Origin: Malacoraja senta
Lineage: Eukaryota
NCBI GenBank assembly: GCA_038087875.1
Contig: CM075990.1
Span: 6,388,001 to 6,452,000 of the forward strand
DNA: 64,000 nucleotides
Direction of reading: 5' to 3'
Translations under genes and position numbers: made by a program
In this document: piece by piece, positions 21,950-35,832 of the stretch
How the letters are laid out: the number at the start of each line of letters is the position of its first letter
Position numbering within the stretch: the stretch's first letter is position 1
Notes under the pieces: generated by a model
The model's database searches: none
Seen by the model: only the letters and a program-made list of their open reading frames with translations
Told to the model about the DNA's origin: nothing

Positions 21950-23814
21950 AGAAACATAGAAACATAGAAAATAGGTGCAAGAGTAGGCATTCGGCCCTTC
22001 GAGCCTGCACCGCCATTCAATATGATCATGGCTGATCATCCAACTCAGTATCCTGTACCTGCTTTCTCTCCATACCCCCTGATCCCTTTAGCCACAAGGG
22101 CCACATCTAACTCCCTCTTAAATATAGCCAATGAACTGGCCTCAACTACCTTCTGTGGCAGAGAATTCCAGAGATTCACACTCTCTGTGTGAAAAATGTT
22201 TTCCTCATTTCGGTCCTAAAAGATTTCCCCTTATCCTTAAACTGTGACCCCTTGTTCTGGACTTCCCCAACATCGGGAACAATCTTCCTGCATCTAGCCT
22301 GTCCAATCCCTTAAGAATGTTGTACGTTTCTATAAGATCCCCCCTCAATCTTCTAAAATTCTAGCGAGTACAAACCGAGTCTATCCAATCTTTCTTCATA
22401 TGAAAGTCCTGACATCCCAGGAATCAGTCTGGTGAACCTTCTCTGTACTCCCTCTATGGCAAGAATGTCTTTCCTCAGATTAGGAGACCAAAACTGTACG
22501 CAATACTCCAGGTGTGGTCTCACAAGACCCTGTACAACTGCAGTAGAACCTCCCTGCTCCTATACTCAAATCCTTTTGCTATGAATGCTAACATACCATT
22601 CGCCTTCTTCACTGCCTGCTGCACCTGCATGGCTACTTTTAATGACTGGTGTACCATGACACCCAGGTCTCGTTGCATCTCCCCTTTTCCTAATCGGCCA
22701 CCATTCAGATAATAGTCTACTTTCCTGTTTTTGCCACCAAAGTGGATAATCTCACATTTATCTACATTATACTGCATCTGCCATGTATTTGCCCACTCAC
22801 CCAGCCTATCCAAGTCACCTTGCAGCCTCCGAGCATCCTCCTCACAGCTAACACTGCCCCCCAGCTTCGTGTCATCCACAAACTTGGAGATGTTGCATTC
22901 AATTCCCTCGTCCAAATCATTAATATATATCGTAAATAGCTGGGGTCCCAGCACTGAGCCTTGCGGTACCCACTAGTCACTGCCTGCCATTGGGAAAAGG
23001 ACCCGTTTACTCCTACTCTTTGCTTCCTGTCTGCCAGCCAGTTCTCTATCCACATCAATACTGAACCCCAATACCGTGTGCTTTAAGTTTGTATACTAAT
23101 CTCTTATGTGGGACCTTGTCGAAAGCCTTCTGAAAGTCCAGATATAACACATCCACTGGTTCTCCCTTATCCACTCTACTAGTTACATCCTCGAAAAATT
23201 CGATAAGATTCGTCAGACATGATTACCTTTCATAAATCCATGCTGACTTTGTCCAATGATTTCACCACTTTCCAAATGTGCTGCTAACCCATCTTAATAA
23301 CTGATTCTAGCAGTTTCCCCACTACCGACGTTAGACTAACTGGTCTGTAAATCCCCGTTTTCTCTCTCCCTCCTTTTTAAATAGTGGGGTTACATTAGCT
23401 ACCCTCCAATCCTTAGAAACTACTCCAGAATCTAAAGAGTTTTGAAAAATTATCACTAATGCATCCACTATTTCAGGGGCTACTTCCTTAAGTACTCTGG
23501 GATGGCAGCCTATCTGGCCCTGGGATTTATCAGCTTTAATCCATTCAATTTACCTAACACCACTTCCCGGCTAACCTGAATTTCACTCAGCTCCTCCATC
23601 TCATTTGACCCCGGTCCCCTGCTATTTCCGGCAGATTATTTATGTCTTCCTTAGTGAAGATAGAACCAAATTAGTTATTCAATTGGTCTGCCATGTCCTT
23701 GTTCCCCATGATCAATTCACCTGTTTCTGACTGCAAGGGACCTACATTTGTTTTAACTAATCTTTTTCTCTTCACATATCTATAAAAGCTTTTGCAGTCA
23801 GTTTTTATGTTCCC
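21950..23814 (-). mobile_element. CR1-clade LINE, about 1.9 kb, same young family as 8209-9439, opposite orientation
   Basis: LGPQLFTIYINDLDEGIECNISKFVDDTK..; tail (CATAGAAA)n at 21950-21970; frame broken mainly by single-base indels. Confidence 0.95.
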
Positions 23815-25113
23815 TTTTATGTAATACAGTTAATAATAATTCCAATAAGAAATTCGAGGCAATATTGTTTTGCAACATCTCTGGAGAGAAGGAATGAGAT
23901 TCTACAAAATTACTCCAACATATTGTGTCTACCTTCCGTGTAAACCAGCATCTGCAGTTCCTTCCTACACCCCCCCCCCCCCCCCCACTTCGGACACGTC
24001 TTGATCCTTCTGGGAAGAGGTTGCGTTCCCTACGATGGCCACCCAGGAGTCCACAAAGGTGAACATGCCATAATCTATCCCGAGGGACTGTCCAAGAAGA
24101 TCACATGGGCCCAGCCACCAGTCCCTGTATAGTCCTGTTTCTTTAGATTAACTCTGCAGTTGGTCAGAGACCGGAGGATGTAGATTCTCTGCGATCCCTG
24201 TTTCACCAGCCACACTCCCGCCTCATCTCCTCCAGGGGGTGCTCCGAGATCACTGGACGTGTCACCAATATCTACTCTCTCCAGCCGCATCCCCAGGCCT
24301 CCCACAAAGGTATCAAGTGGCCTCTGCTCAGTGCGTACACGATTGAAGCGAGAGAGCGGGACTTACAGCAAGTGAATCACCCAGCAACGAGGCTCTTCCA
24401 GTCTCTTACATCTTAAGTTCCACGCACAGAGGAAACATACGAGCACTCCATCCCACTACAATACACAGCATCGCAATCAAATGGCATGCTCTAAAATAGC
24501 AATTATGTTTTGACTGGTTCTCAATGAAAGTGGTAACCGATTACTAAAAACATTTACTTCCTGCGCAGGCTAATGCACAGTTCTAACGAGTCATTCGTTG
24601 CAGGGACCCATAGCGGATGCATTTCTTTGCTCTAAACCAATTCATGGCAATTTCTGCGCTGTAAAAGGAAAAAAATGAGCCATGTTCCCAATTTCCTTGC
24701 ATCCCTTAACCCAATTTTCTGTAATTTTAACACGAGCTCAATGTTGATTTTGGGGGGGGGGGGGGCAGTTTGCAAAACTGTAAATATTATGGATGATCGA
24801 AGCCTGGAGTCCCTTAGTGCACACGAAACGCTCGTGTCCGGGAGGGATATATAATGGACCAGTGACTGGTCTGGGGAAGCCAGTTTAAATGTGAAGTATA
24901 AACAAGGTTAGTTGCATATTTAAACCTATTAAAAATAGTCAAATGATGTGATTTTGAAATTGTGCTGCATCCTAACCCATCCAATTTGTCTCGAACTGAT
25001 GACTTCCGGACCAGAAATTGTTTGCCCATGAGAAGGCTGAGGTTGAACATTTTCCTGAAGAGGTCTATGTTGAAGGTGTTTTGTTCCAGGCCTTTAATTG
25101 AACATCTGTGAAG

Positions 25114-25356
25114 GATGATGATGCTGAATGTAGAACCAAGGCTATTCATGTTGTTGATGGAACCAAGGATGTCCATGCTGAATGTCGAACCAAGGGTGTC
25201 CATATTGGTGATGCAAACAAGGATGATGATGCTGAATGTAGAACCAAGGCTATTCATGTTGGTGATGGAACCAAGGATGTCCATGCTGGAATGTAGAACC
25301 AAGGGTGTCCATATTGGTGATGGAACCAAGGATGTCCAGGCTCAATGTAGAACCAC
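25114..25356. repeat. Minisatellite: nine ~27-bp units with 54- and 108-bp higher-order periodicity
   Basis: Units such as GATGATGATGCTGAATGTAGAACCAAG / GCTATTCATGTTGTTGATGGAACCAAG / GATGTCCATGCTGAATGTCGAACCAAG / GGTGTCCATATTGGTGATGCAAACAAG, repeated about 2.25 times. Confidence 0.92.
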
Positions 25357-25810
25357 TGCTGGTAGACAGACACGGAATACTAGAGTAACGCAGTGGGTCA
25401 GGCAGCATCTCTGGAGAAAAGGAACATGATGTTTTGGGTCGAGACCCTTCTTCAGACTCACTTCTTTAAACTTCAGACCAGCTTTATTGCAATCTGCTCA
25501 TCTGATTATATTTAGTTTTAAATTCTGAATGATTTTCCATATTACAGGGATATTGGGATGAGATTGGAATTGACCAACTTTTTTGAGAGCATCATGAGAT
25601 TGCAGTTCCTAAGGCATCAGCAAATACATTTTATTAAACAAACTTGTAATAAACCAAATACAGTTGTTCTTTACATGGAAAGAGATATTTGAAGTTAAAA
25701 ACAGAAGTAACAAGTGACTCTACTTTTAGTTTTAAACGTCATTGAATCAAAGTCAGGGAAAGAAACCACTGCATCCTCTGCACCACAACATGCATCTCCC
25801 TCCCCTCTCT

Positions 25811-25980
<170 letters not shown>

Positions 25981-26174
25981 TAGACACATACACATAGACA
26001 CACACATTCTGATCATTCTGTGTAACTTGTGGGGTATTCTAGCATTAAGGACATAACCTCAAGTTAATCAATCAGCTATTTAATGCTGAATTTCTTGTCC
26101 CAGTGGAATGTGGAGATTTGGAGTTCTCTACTTCAGAGACCTCTAGATGCTGAATCATTAAAGTATATCATTAA

Positions 26175-26480
26175 GGGGCACAGTGGTGCAGCAGTAGATT
26201 TGCTGCCTTAAAGTGCCAAAGACCCAGGTTTGATCCTGACTACCAGTGTTGTTTGTATAAAGTTTATATGTTCTCCCTTTGACCACATTGGTTTTCTTTG
26301 GGTGTCCGGTTTCCTCCCACACTCCAAAGATGTACAGGTTTGTATGTTAATTGGCTTTGGTAAATTTATAAATTGTCCCCTTGTGTGTAGGATAGTGTTA
26401 GTGCAGGGGGTGATTGTTGGTCAGCATGGACTCGGTAGGCCAAAGGGCCTATTTCCATGCTGTATCTCTAAAGTCTAAAC
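26175..26480 (+). mobile_element. HE1-like V-SINE
   Basis: GGGGCACAGTGGTGCAGCAGTAG head, CCGGTTTCCTCCCACACTCCAAAGA core, CTGTATCTCTAAA tail. Confidence 0.8.
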
Positions 26481-27152
26481 TTTGAGGTCTACATTCAAGG
26501 TTGATACAGAGAAAATCTTGCACTGGATGAAAATTCAGGAATAAATGATCAGGCAGGAAAATGGAGTTGGGGGCCCAAGAGCAGATAATGAAATGATGTA
26601 AGAGGCCGCAGGGGCCTTATGACCAATGCCTGTCCTTTTTCCTTTTGCTCTTATGGACATTTTCAGTGATTGAATGGCCAGATATGGATCATCTTTGGTG
26701 TATAATGCATGGAAGCTGCTTTCATAGTGGATTAAAATGGATCAGGAAAGTGTTCACATAATTTGTCTCAAATGTGTGTTTACTGAGACTTACAGGAGAC
26801 CTGCGCCAGTTTGTTGCCATTAATCCCATGAGATTCCGAGAAGAATACGGCGGCCAAGACATTGTGCAATTTCTACACAATGGCCACATTTAGCATGCTG
26901 AGGACTAACTTCATGGTATTGTATCCTGCCCGTGAGCCCAAACGCAGCGTGAATTGGAAGAGCCATTCACCCAAAGAACTAATTGGTCTCGGAGTAATGT
27001 TGTGGTTGATGTTAGAGTTGGCATTCACACAGCACTATTGTGGCAAAGTTTAATCAGGCGGCATTATTGAGCGTCTCTGTGTTAATCCACGCAGAGATAT
27101 GTCTGGCGTTGATAGTTATCTCCAGTATATGTGGTCAAGTATTAGGGTATTA

Positions 27153-27480
27153 GGGGCGGAACAGTAGAGCAGTGGTAGAGTTGTTGCCTTACAACGCTTG
27201 CAGGGCCAGAGACCCGGGTTCGATCCTGACTATGGGTGCTGTCTGTACAGAGTTAATACGTTCTACCCGTGACCACGTGGGTTTTCTCCAAGATCTTCGA
27301 TTTCCTCCCACACTCCAAAGACATACAGGTATGTGGGTTAATTGGCTTGGTATAAATGTAAATTGTCCCTAGTGTGTGTAAGATTGTGTTAATGTGTGGG
27401 AATCGTTGGTCGGTGCAGACTCGGTGGGCCGAAGGGCCTGTTTCAGTGCTGTATCTCTAAACTAAACTAAACTGAACTAA
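27153..27480 (+). mobile_element. HE1-like V-SINE, full length
   Basis: B-box GGTTCGATCC, V-domain, GGGCCGAAGGGCCTGTTTC, (AAACT)n tail. Confidence 0.85.
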
Positions 27481-29862
27481 AAGTAGGCAAAATAAGTTAG
27501 TCATATTATATATTTTTAAAAACAGGCTTGAACTACCAGTAACGGTCTATGTTGTTGCTTTAAACTACACTCTAGAGATTATAATATGTAATTTAGACCA
27601 ACAGTACAGTGCACTTCTGTACTGTCAGAAATGTCTGCATTCAGATGGTGATCCATCTCGTCAGATTGGCGTAAATGACTTGCTATAAGTAATCAAAGAG
27701 GAGCAGGGAAGTTACCTTAATATTTGGGTCAACATTTCCCCACCCCACACTATTACAGCGTGGATGGAAATCAGATGAACTGGTCACCTTCATTCCTACT
27801 GCATGAGACTTTGCAATGTACTAGTAGCTGAATATATTTACCACACCCACCACAGTGACCACACTTCATTGATTGTAAAGTATATTCAGGCTTCTGTTAT
27901 TTCTTTATCGAATAACTTACCGTCAGTTATTCTTTATGTCCATTTTGTGGTTCTTCCCTTGTCTGCCTCATCTCCACCTCTTTGAACTTTCTCCTCTTGA
28001 GAAGCCAGAATTTTAGTTGGACTTTATCTAGGAGTCTTCTAAACCAATTCCAACTGTGTGCCCTAAATGTCACTTAAATATAGAAATTGTATCTGTTCTA
28101 ACATCTCCTTTGGCATTGAGTTCCAGATACCAACCATATTCCATGTAAAAAACACTCCTTAAATCACCTTTAAAACTCCTCATCTTAAACTTATAGCCTC
28201 CTGCTTTTGGTACCTCTACCAGGTGAAAAAGATCTAACTATCTGCCATATCTATGACTCTGATAATATTATATACTGTTAATTCACAACTCAGCAGTCTT
28301 CACTCGTGGAAAAATAAGTTTAGCCCATCCAATCTCTCCCCATAACTAAACTCCTCCAGACCAGACAACAGTCTGAAGAAGAGTTCCTACCCGAAACATC
28401 ACCTATTCCATTTCTCTAGAGATGCTACCTAATCTGTTGAGTTACTCCAGCACTTTAAAGTCTATCTTTGGTATAAACCAGCATCTGCAGTTCCTTCTTC
28501 CACAACATGCTGGTGAATCTCTTCCACATCCTCTCTAATGCAACCACATACCTCCACTGACGTGGCACCCAGAACTGCATACAATGAATTTGAGTGAGAT
28601 ATGAAATTATATCCAGATCAGTAGTCTAGTGCCTTGGATACTATTTCACACTCCAAAGACGTACAGGTTTGTAGGTTAATTGACTTGGTAGAAATGTAAA
28701 TTGTCCCAAGTGGGTGTCGGATAGTGTTGATCAACGATAGCGGGGATCACTGGTCGGCGCGGACCCGGTGGGCCAAAGCGCCCGTGTCCACGCTGTATCT
28801 CTAAACTAAACTAAACTAAACTACACTCCCTGCATTTGTGAAATTGTACAGACTTGCAATTTCATGAAAATTGATTAATACCTTAAAGTTCTAAACCTAT
28901 AGTGTGCCAGTCTAGAAATAACACATGGTCAACATTTTCTTTTGCTGCTTTCTAAGAGTCTTCACGATCTGGGCTTTTATTACACAGGGGCTGGGCCTTC
29001 ATTGGGGGACTGGTCAAGGCCATGATTGTGGACGGGCTATTTAAGCATTTTCACAATTTCACACCTCTGGCTTCTTCAAATCCACATATAAATGCACTTT
29101 TGAGCACTGCCATTGGATAGGACCCATGAATAAGATCTTTGTCCAGTTTCTCCCCCATCAGTAGCAGGAGTGCAAAGGCAAACAGCAGCGACTCTCCTGA
29201 GAAAAGTCATTTAGAGTACAGACCCGAGGTTTTGCGACCATGTACATACTGGACATCAGAAATTTAACATCTCAATCTTTAAAAGGAAATTATTAAACCG
29301 GACGTTTCTGAACCTCTTTTTACTTTGATGTAACTTCCAGCATTTTATATAATTTTCCAGGATTCATTTTGGAAATCTGCAGAACTTATTTTTAGTATTA
29401 TGTTTATTGAACTGGCTATTTGTAGATTTTGCTATGTTCAATAATCTGTTTTAACAAACATTAGTCTCATTTTATACTCACTCATTCCATGCATTTTTCA
29501 AGGAAATTCAGTAACGCTCCTAAAATGTCAAAGTTAATGAGTCAAAAATAAACTGGTCTCATTTATATAAATATTATTCACATTGTGTGTTGTTATTCTG
29601 TTCTGGTCACTGGAAGCCTAAATAGGCATCTAATTGGTGCCTAGATTAATTTCATCGCCTAAAAATGAAATTATATATAAATAGGTTGATATTTGCATAA
29701 TATGGAAGACTGTATTATACCCAAACTGTAAGAACAGTCAAAAATCATCAGGAACCAATAGGTATGGAATTACAAATGTATGAAAGGATATTGGCAGATA
29801 GTACCATTCAACAAAAAACATTGCTCAACATTGCCCTTCTAGAATCACAGCATGTTGTACTT

Positions 29863-30193
29863 TGGTTTAGTTTTAGTTGAGAGACATAGCAGGGAAACAG
29901 GCCATTCGGCCCATTGAGGCCACACCAACCATCATTCACCCATTAGATCTAGTTCTATGTTATCCCACTTTCTCATCCACTCCCTACACACCAGGGGCTA
30001 TTTTACACAGGCCAATTAACCTACCGCACGATGAATTACCACACAACTTTGGGATGTGGGAGGAAACTGGAGTACCCGGAGGAAACTCAAGCAGTCCCAG
30101 GGAGACCATGCAAACTCCATGTAGACAGCAGCTGAGGTCAGGGTCGAACCTGGGTGTCCGGCGTTGTGAGGCAGCAGCTCTACCAGCTGCACC
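29863..30193 (-). mobile_element. HE1-like V-SINE
   Basis: Reverse complement of the same head/core/tail architecture. Confidence 0.75.
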
Positions 30194-33100
30194 ACAATAC
30201 CATCCTAAATTAATTAAGTTAAATTTTATTACAAATGAAATGTATTTTTTATATTAAAAAATATGTCAGCTAGTTGTGACTAAGACATTAATCCACTCAT
30301 GCTGTGAAATCCAATTGCAGTAGAAAGATTACCAACCCCACTGAACAAAGCTGCAAATGAGCTGCTGGTTTCCAGAAGACTTATCAAGACCAGCACTCAG
30401 GGTGAGATGACACAAATCCTGCTCCAATCATTGATCTAGTGGAACTCCTAATGGATTGGAAAATGAAATCCAGCCTCTCTAATGCTCTTACCATTAACTC
30501 TATTGCTTTTTAATATTAACAACGTTGGAATTTGAAAACAATTAAAAACTAACAACATGTAGCAAACATTCCATTGAAATAAAAAAAAGCTATTTTTATT
30601 TCCTGCTAAATGAAAGAAGCTTAGCAATCAATGAAAAGCTTTAACGTGTATTATTTTAATGAATAGCATCAAGAATGGATCACAAACATCAACCAATCAA
30701 ATGATGAAAGTAAATTGAAAGGAATGCTGCAAATTTGTTTTGAAAATTATTTCAGCCTCTTGTCTTTCTTCATTACTTTCAGTGTCAGCTGCAATTAACG
30801 TATGTTACCTGGGTTAAAAATAATTCTCGGACATCACAAAAAATACCCGCAGAGAAGATTCTTGTGTTTGAGATTCCTCTTAGTGATGTCCCATCTCAGA
30901 GGCCCATGGCTTAATTACTTTTTAGACTTTAGACTATCGAGATATATAGTAGCAAATGGTTGCAAAACAAGGTTGACCAGTCATTGAGTGAGCCAGGACT
31001 TGCAGTTTGATATTCAATGTCTTCTGCATTCAGGTTATGATTGAATATTATATAGACGTATGCGTCAGTAAAATCGTAGTCAAACCATTTAAGGAAATGT
31101 CAGCTTAAGGAAATAATCAATAGAATAAGATATGAACAAGATTAAAGAAAAGGTAATTCTTAATAGTGTGCAGCAGCTAATCTTGCTATGGGGAAAGTAG
31201 AAATAAAGCAAATACAATATAACTGAAGAGAAACTAACAAATAGAAAGGTTTGACACAAAATGCTGGAGTTACTTTGCGAGACAGGCAGCATCTCTGGAG
31301 AGAAGGAATGGGCAACATTTTGGGTCAAGACCCTTCTTCAGACTGCATGAGGAAGGGTCTTGACCCGAAACATCATTCATTCCAAGTATTTTACACGTGT
31401 GGATGCTCGTGCTACCGGAGTAGGGACTTCCAGCAGTGATAATGAATTGAGCTCCCATCTACTCTCCGATTTGGTGTTAGAGAAAAATGTTTTAGAGAAT
31501 GATAAAATAAGCTGAGAAATTATCCTTGTGTTCATGCTAGTATTTATCCTTTCAATCAACATTACAGAAGCAATCAGGCTATCTCACCACATTGCAGGTA
31601 TCACACTTCTATTTGAGACCCACCCATCTCTCCCCTTGACTCTTCAGTTAATCAACATCTTAATTTTAATTCACCCAACACTTACCTCCTCTTACTTTCT
31701 CTGCAAAGATAGTCTGGCAGATCACCACAGTATTTACTACCCACAAATACATCATTAGCTGCAGTATCTTGTGTCTGTTTTTGCCTTGCAATGATGTTTG
31801 TTGTAGCAATGGTCCTTGTTTTATCTCAGTGGGCAAGGACTGAAGTCACTATTTTCCAGGTCACAACCAAAGTAAATTGTGCTGTTGAGTGTTCTCAGAA
31901 GTGCTGGAGGAACTAAGCTATTGAACTACACAGTGGACCAAGCGGCACATGTGGAGGAAAGTGAACCCAATGGGTTAGGTCAGAACCCTTCTTCAGACTG
32001 ATGGAGTAGAGGGGAGATCGGTGGTAGAGCAAGGCGAGGTGGCACAAAAATTGGCTAGTGATAAGTAGATTTAGGTGGGGATGGATGAGTTAGGTGGGTG
32101 AGAGATGGGCTGAGTTACTAACTAAGGTTGGAGGTAAAGTGAAAAAGGCAAAAGTGTGCAGATGTGGAACCTAATGACGGAAGATGGAGAGTGAAATGTA
32201 GAACCAGAGGCAACTTCCTTCTTTATCAGATTCCACATCCGCACCCGTTTGCCTTCTCCACTCCACTGCCAGCCTTGGTTACCATCCCTACCCATCCCTG
32301 TCCACCTGACTCATCTGCCAATTACCTCCCCCCCCCTCACATGGAGCTATCTATCACTTGCCCCAACCTCTTTCCCTAAGTGTTATTGCCCCGGGACAGT
32401 TTCCTTCCAACCTTACATCCATGTTGGAGTTTCTTAAGTCCTCCCCAACCTGGTTCCACTGTAATCAGTGCCACACACATCACGCTGCCAAACTGCCCAC
32501 AGGCATCAATACCAAATGGGCCGCTACTTGTTTCATCGGGACACGAAGAACTGCAGGTGCTGGCGTCTTGAGCTAAATACAAAGTGCTGGATGAACTCAG
32601 CTGGTGAAGGGTCCCGGCCCGAAACGTCGTCTGTCCATTCCCCCAGCAGATGCTGCCTGGCCCGCTGAGTTCCTCCAGCACTTATTGTTACACTTCACTG
32701 ATGGAATTGATCATAGAATTTAACAACACTTCAAATAACAGCAGTGGTTCGAGGCTCCACTGTTATATTATTCTCTGCAGGTGAGCATTTAAAATCCAGG
32801 AGTCCCGATAAAAGCCAGCCGGGGTGTTCTCCACCATTCAGGTCAGCCGAGAACCGAGCAGGAGATGGGACAACAGATGGATGGTGCGGGGCGGTTGTCA
32901 ATCAGATGTTGTCCGGCTGCCCGGGCGCCTTGCACCTCATCTTCTTGCACTACCCCCCATCGAGTGGAGGGTGGAGGGCGATATTTCCACTAGGCTACGA
33001 GCATCATTCGCGACGCCTACCTCCCACCCCCCTCTCCCCTCACCCCGACTCAGTGTGAGTAATGAATGCGCAGTTGGCATCCAGTGGGGTGCTTGCACAA

Positions 33101-34329
33101 GTGACAGGACGCGGTCCGACCTCACCTCACCCCCGCGGCAGTTCACGCCAGGCCGCTTTGGGGCATCACGTTCTTAACTACAAGAACTACATGATATTCT
33201 CCGGATAATATATACAGTTCTGGAATATACTTGAAAATGCCCTTTATTCCCAGTGTTCAGGCGGAAATTTATGTAGATTAACTATGTGTTTAGTCTAGGG
33301 CTATTGGAGGAGGGGAATCCAGTTTATCCGCAGGCCTGCCCACTTGGGAGTACATGCGACTGCTAATGGACATGGTGGGCCGAAGGGCTTGTTGATCTGC
33401 CCCACACCTCTGTAACAGATGACTATTGGCCACCTGATTGAACTTAAAGTAACGCTTACAACTCAAAGGTTCAGATTCATTATAATCATCTGCTTCTCGT
33501 TATTTAACCTGGCATCATGTAACGCACAGACATTGTGGGCCGAATGGCCTGTTCCTGTGCTGGACTGGCTGTGTTCTGTGTTCTAATACGACTAATAATA
33601 TCAAAGTTAGTTTGAAGTAAGGCCCTGACCGAAACGCCACCCGATTAATTCTCTATAACTCGGATCATTGTGGGCTCCACCTTTCCTTGATCATCGTTAC
33701 TTTTTGCACATCGTTCGTTCATTTGTTCAATATCTCTCTATATCACCGTCAATATATCTCGTTTCCCTTTCCCCTGACTGTCAGTCTGAAGAAGGGTCTC
33801 GACCGGAAACGTCACATATTCCTTCTCTCCAGAGATGCTGCCTGTCCTGCTGAGTTACTCCAGCTTTTTGTGTTCTTTTAACTATTAAACAGCATCTGCA
33901 ATTCCTTGTTTCTACTAACATGGAAGTGATTATTGATTCATTCTGCCATTGCCATTTAGCCAACCGGGTCCACTAATGTACATGTTACCAACGCGGCCAC
34001 AACAAGATATGTCTTTTCTACGGGGTATCATCTACACACACATCTGTGAGTCGGTCTAACACTGGGGCCCAGCGGCGGGTAAAGATTCCACATTACAAAC
34101 TGTCCTTGGCCGAGATTTCGTTGCCCTGTTGTGTTCTGACCCCACGACTCCTCTTTGCTAACAGCGAGCGTGTACTGGAACAAGGCAGTTTATCTCTCTG
34201 TTTTTTGATAAACTATTTATTCGCTCGCAGGATGTGATTGTCCGCGGGTCTGTTCAGCCGACTGAAGGCATGTGCGTTTATCTGCTCAGCTTACGATGCA
34301 GAGAGAGAGAGAGAGAAAGGGAGAGTGGT

Positions 34330-34860
34330 ATGTTACCACAAAAAGCTCACAAAGAGTAACTCAGCGGGACAGACGGCTTCTATGGAGAAAAGGAATAGGC
34401 GACCTTTTTCGGGTCGAGACACTTCTTCAGACAGAGTCAGGGGAAAGGGAAACGAGAGAAATAGACGGTAATGTAGAGAGGCATAGAGCAAAATGAATGA
34501 AAGATGTGCAAAAAAAGTTATGTTGACGAAGGAAAGGCCAGTGTGAGCTGTGAGCTAGGTGAAAACGAGTTACAGACAATGAGACTCAACATGACGACTT
34601 TGATGCAAGCAACGACTTGGGTGGGGAGGGACAAAGAGAGAGGGGATGCAAGGGTTACTCGTAGTTAGAGAAATCAATATTCATGCCGCTGGGTTGTAAG
34701 CTGCCCAAATATGAGGTGCTGTTCCTCCAATTTGCGTTTGGCCTCACTCGGACCACGGAGGAGGCCTGGAAAAGAAGGCCTGGTAAAGAAAGGTCAGCGC
34801 GGGAATGGGAAAGGGAAATTAAAGTGTTTGGCAACCTGGAGATCAGAAAGGCCGGATAAG
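34330..34860 (-). mobile_element. Penelope-like 3' end
   Basis: Minus strand DLQVAKHFNFP.. and a LEEQHLIF-type segment followed by the terminal repeat. Confidence 0.7.
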
Positions 34861-35832
34861 ACCTCGCCGGCCATGGGACCCCTTGTCACATAGCGCGCTC
34901 TGAGCAGCATCAGCAATACATAAGAGCAATCTAAATAATGTGCAGGAAGAAACTGCAGATGCTGGTTTAAACCGACGATAGACACAAAAAGCTGGAGTAT
35001 CTCAGCGGGTCAGACAGCATCTCTGGAGAAAAGGAATTGATGACGTTTGGGGTCGAGACCCTTCTTCAGACAATATAAATAAACCTGTTCCTGACGATTA
35101 CATGTTGAAGTTATAATCGTGAATTCAAAGGAGAAGGTGGAGTTTGGAGAACACGCGACGTTTATTGACGTTAAGCATGACGGGATTACACTTGGATCAT
35201 AATCATGTACCGTGCAAGTATTTACATTGAAATGGTCTACCGTTAAGAGGTGCGTTGAACCGTGTATGCTGGTCAGCTGTACATATCTTGTCATTAAATA
35301 AACAAATATATAAATTTGCATCCCAAATGTACAGATTTACAAAAAAGTAGGCTTATGTATGTTGTGTAGGAAGGAACTGCAGATGCTGGTTTAAATCGAA
35401 GGTAGAGACAAAATGCTGGAGTAACAGCGGGTCTGGCAGCATCTCTGTTGTGTAAGCTGTGCGTTGTTTGCGTGTGATGTGTATATATGTGTACGTCGAA
35501 TGTGTATGAGTTGCATATATGGCGCGTGTGTGTGTGTTCTGTGTATATGTGCTGTGTATGTATTGTGTGTGTATGGCTGTGTACATGTGTTGGGTATGTG
35601 GCATGTATATCCAGTGTATATGTGTATTGAATATATAATATGGTGTATGTATTGTGTATGTTGTGTATACGTGGTACTGTATGTGTGATGTTTGTGGTGT
35701 GCTAGTGTAAGTTGTACAGTTCTTGTGAATGTGTAATATTCATGGTGTGTATGTGTAGGTTGTACAGTGTTGTGCATGTGTTATGCTTGTGGTGTGTGTA
35801 CATATGTTGTGTCCGCGTGTGTTGTGTGTATA

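Noticed and set aside
25114..25356. CRISPR-like regular repeat (GAACCAAG every 27 nt)
   Set aside because: The intervening sequences are themselves repeats, the constant part is only about 8 nt, no cas genes are present and the context is eukaryotic.
27153..27235. tRNA gene (A/B-box-like head; also 11523, 26175, 47254)
   Set aside because: Continues into the V-SINE core and (AAACT)n tail; no complete cloverleaf.
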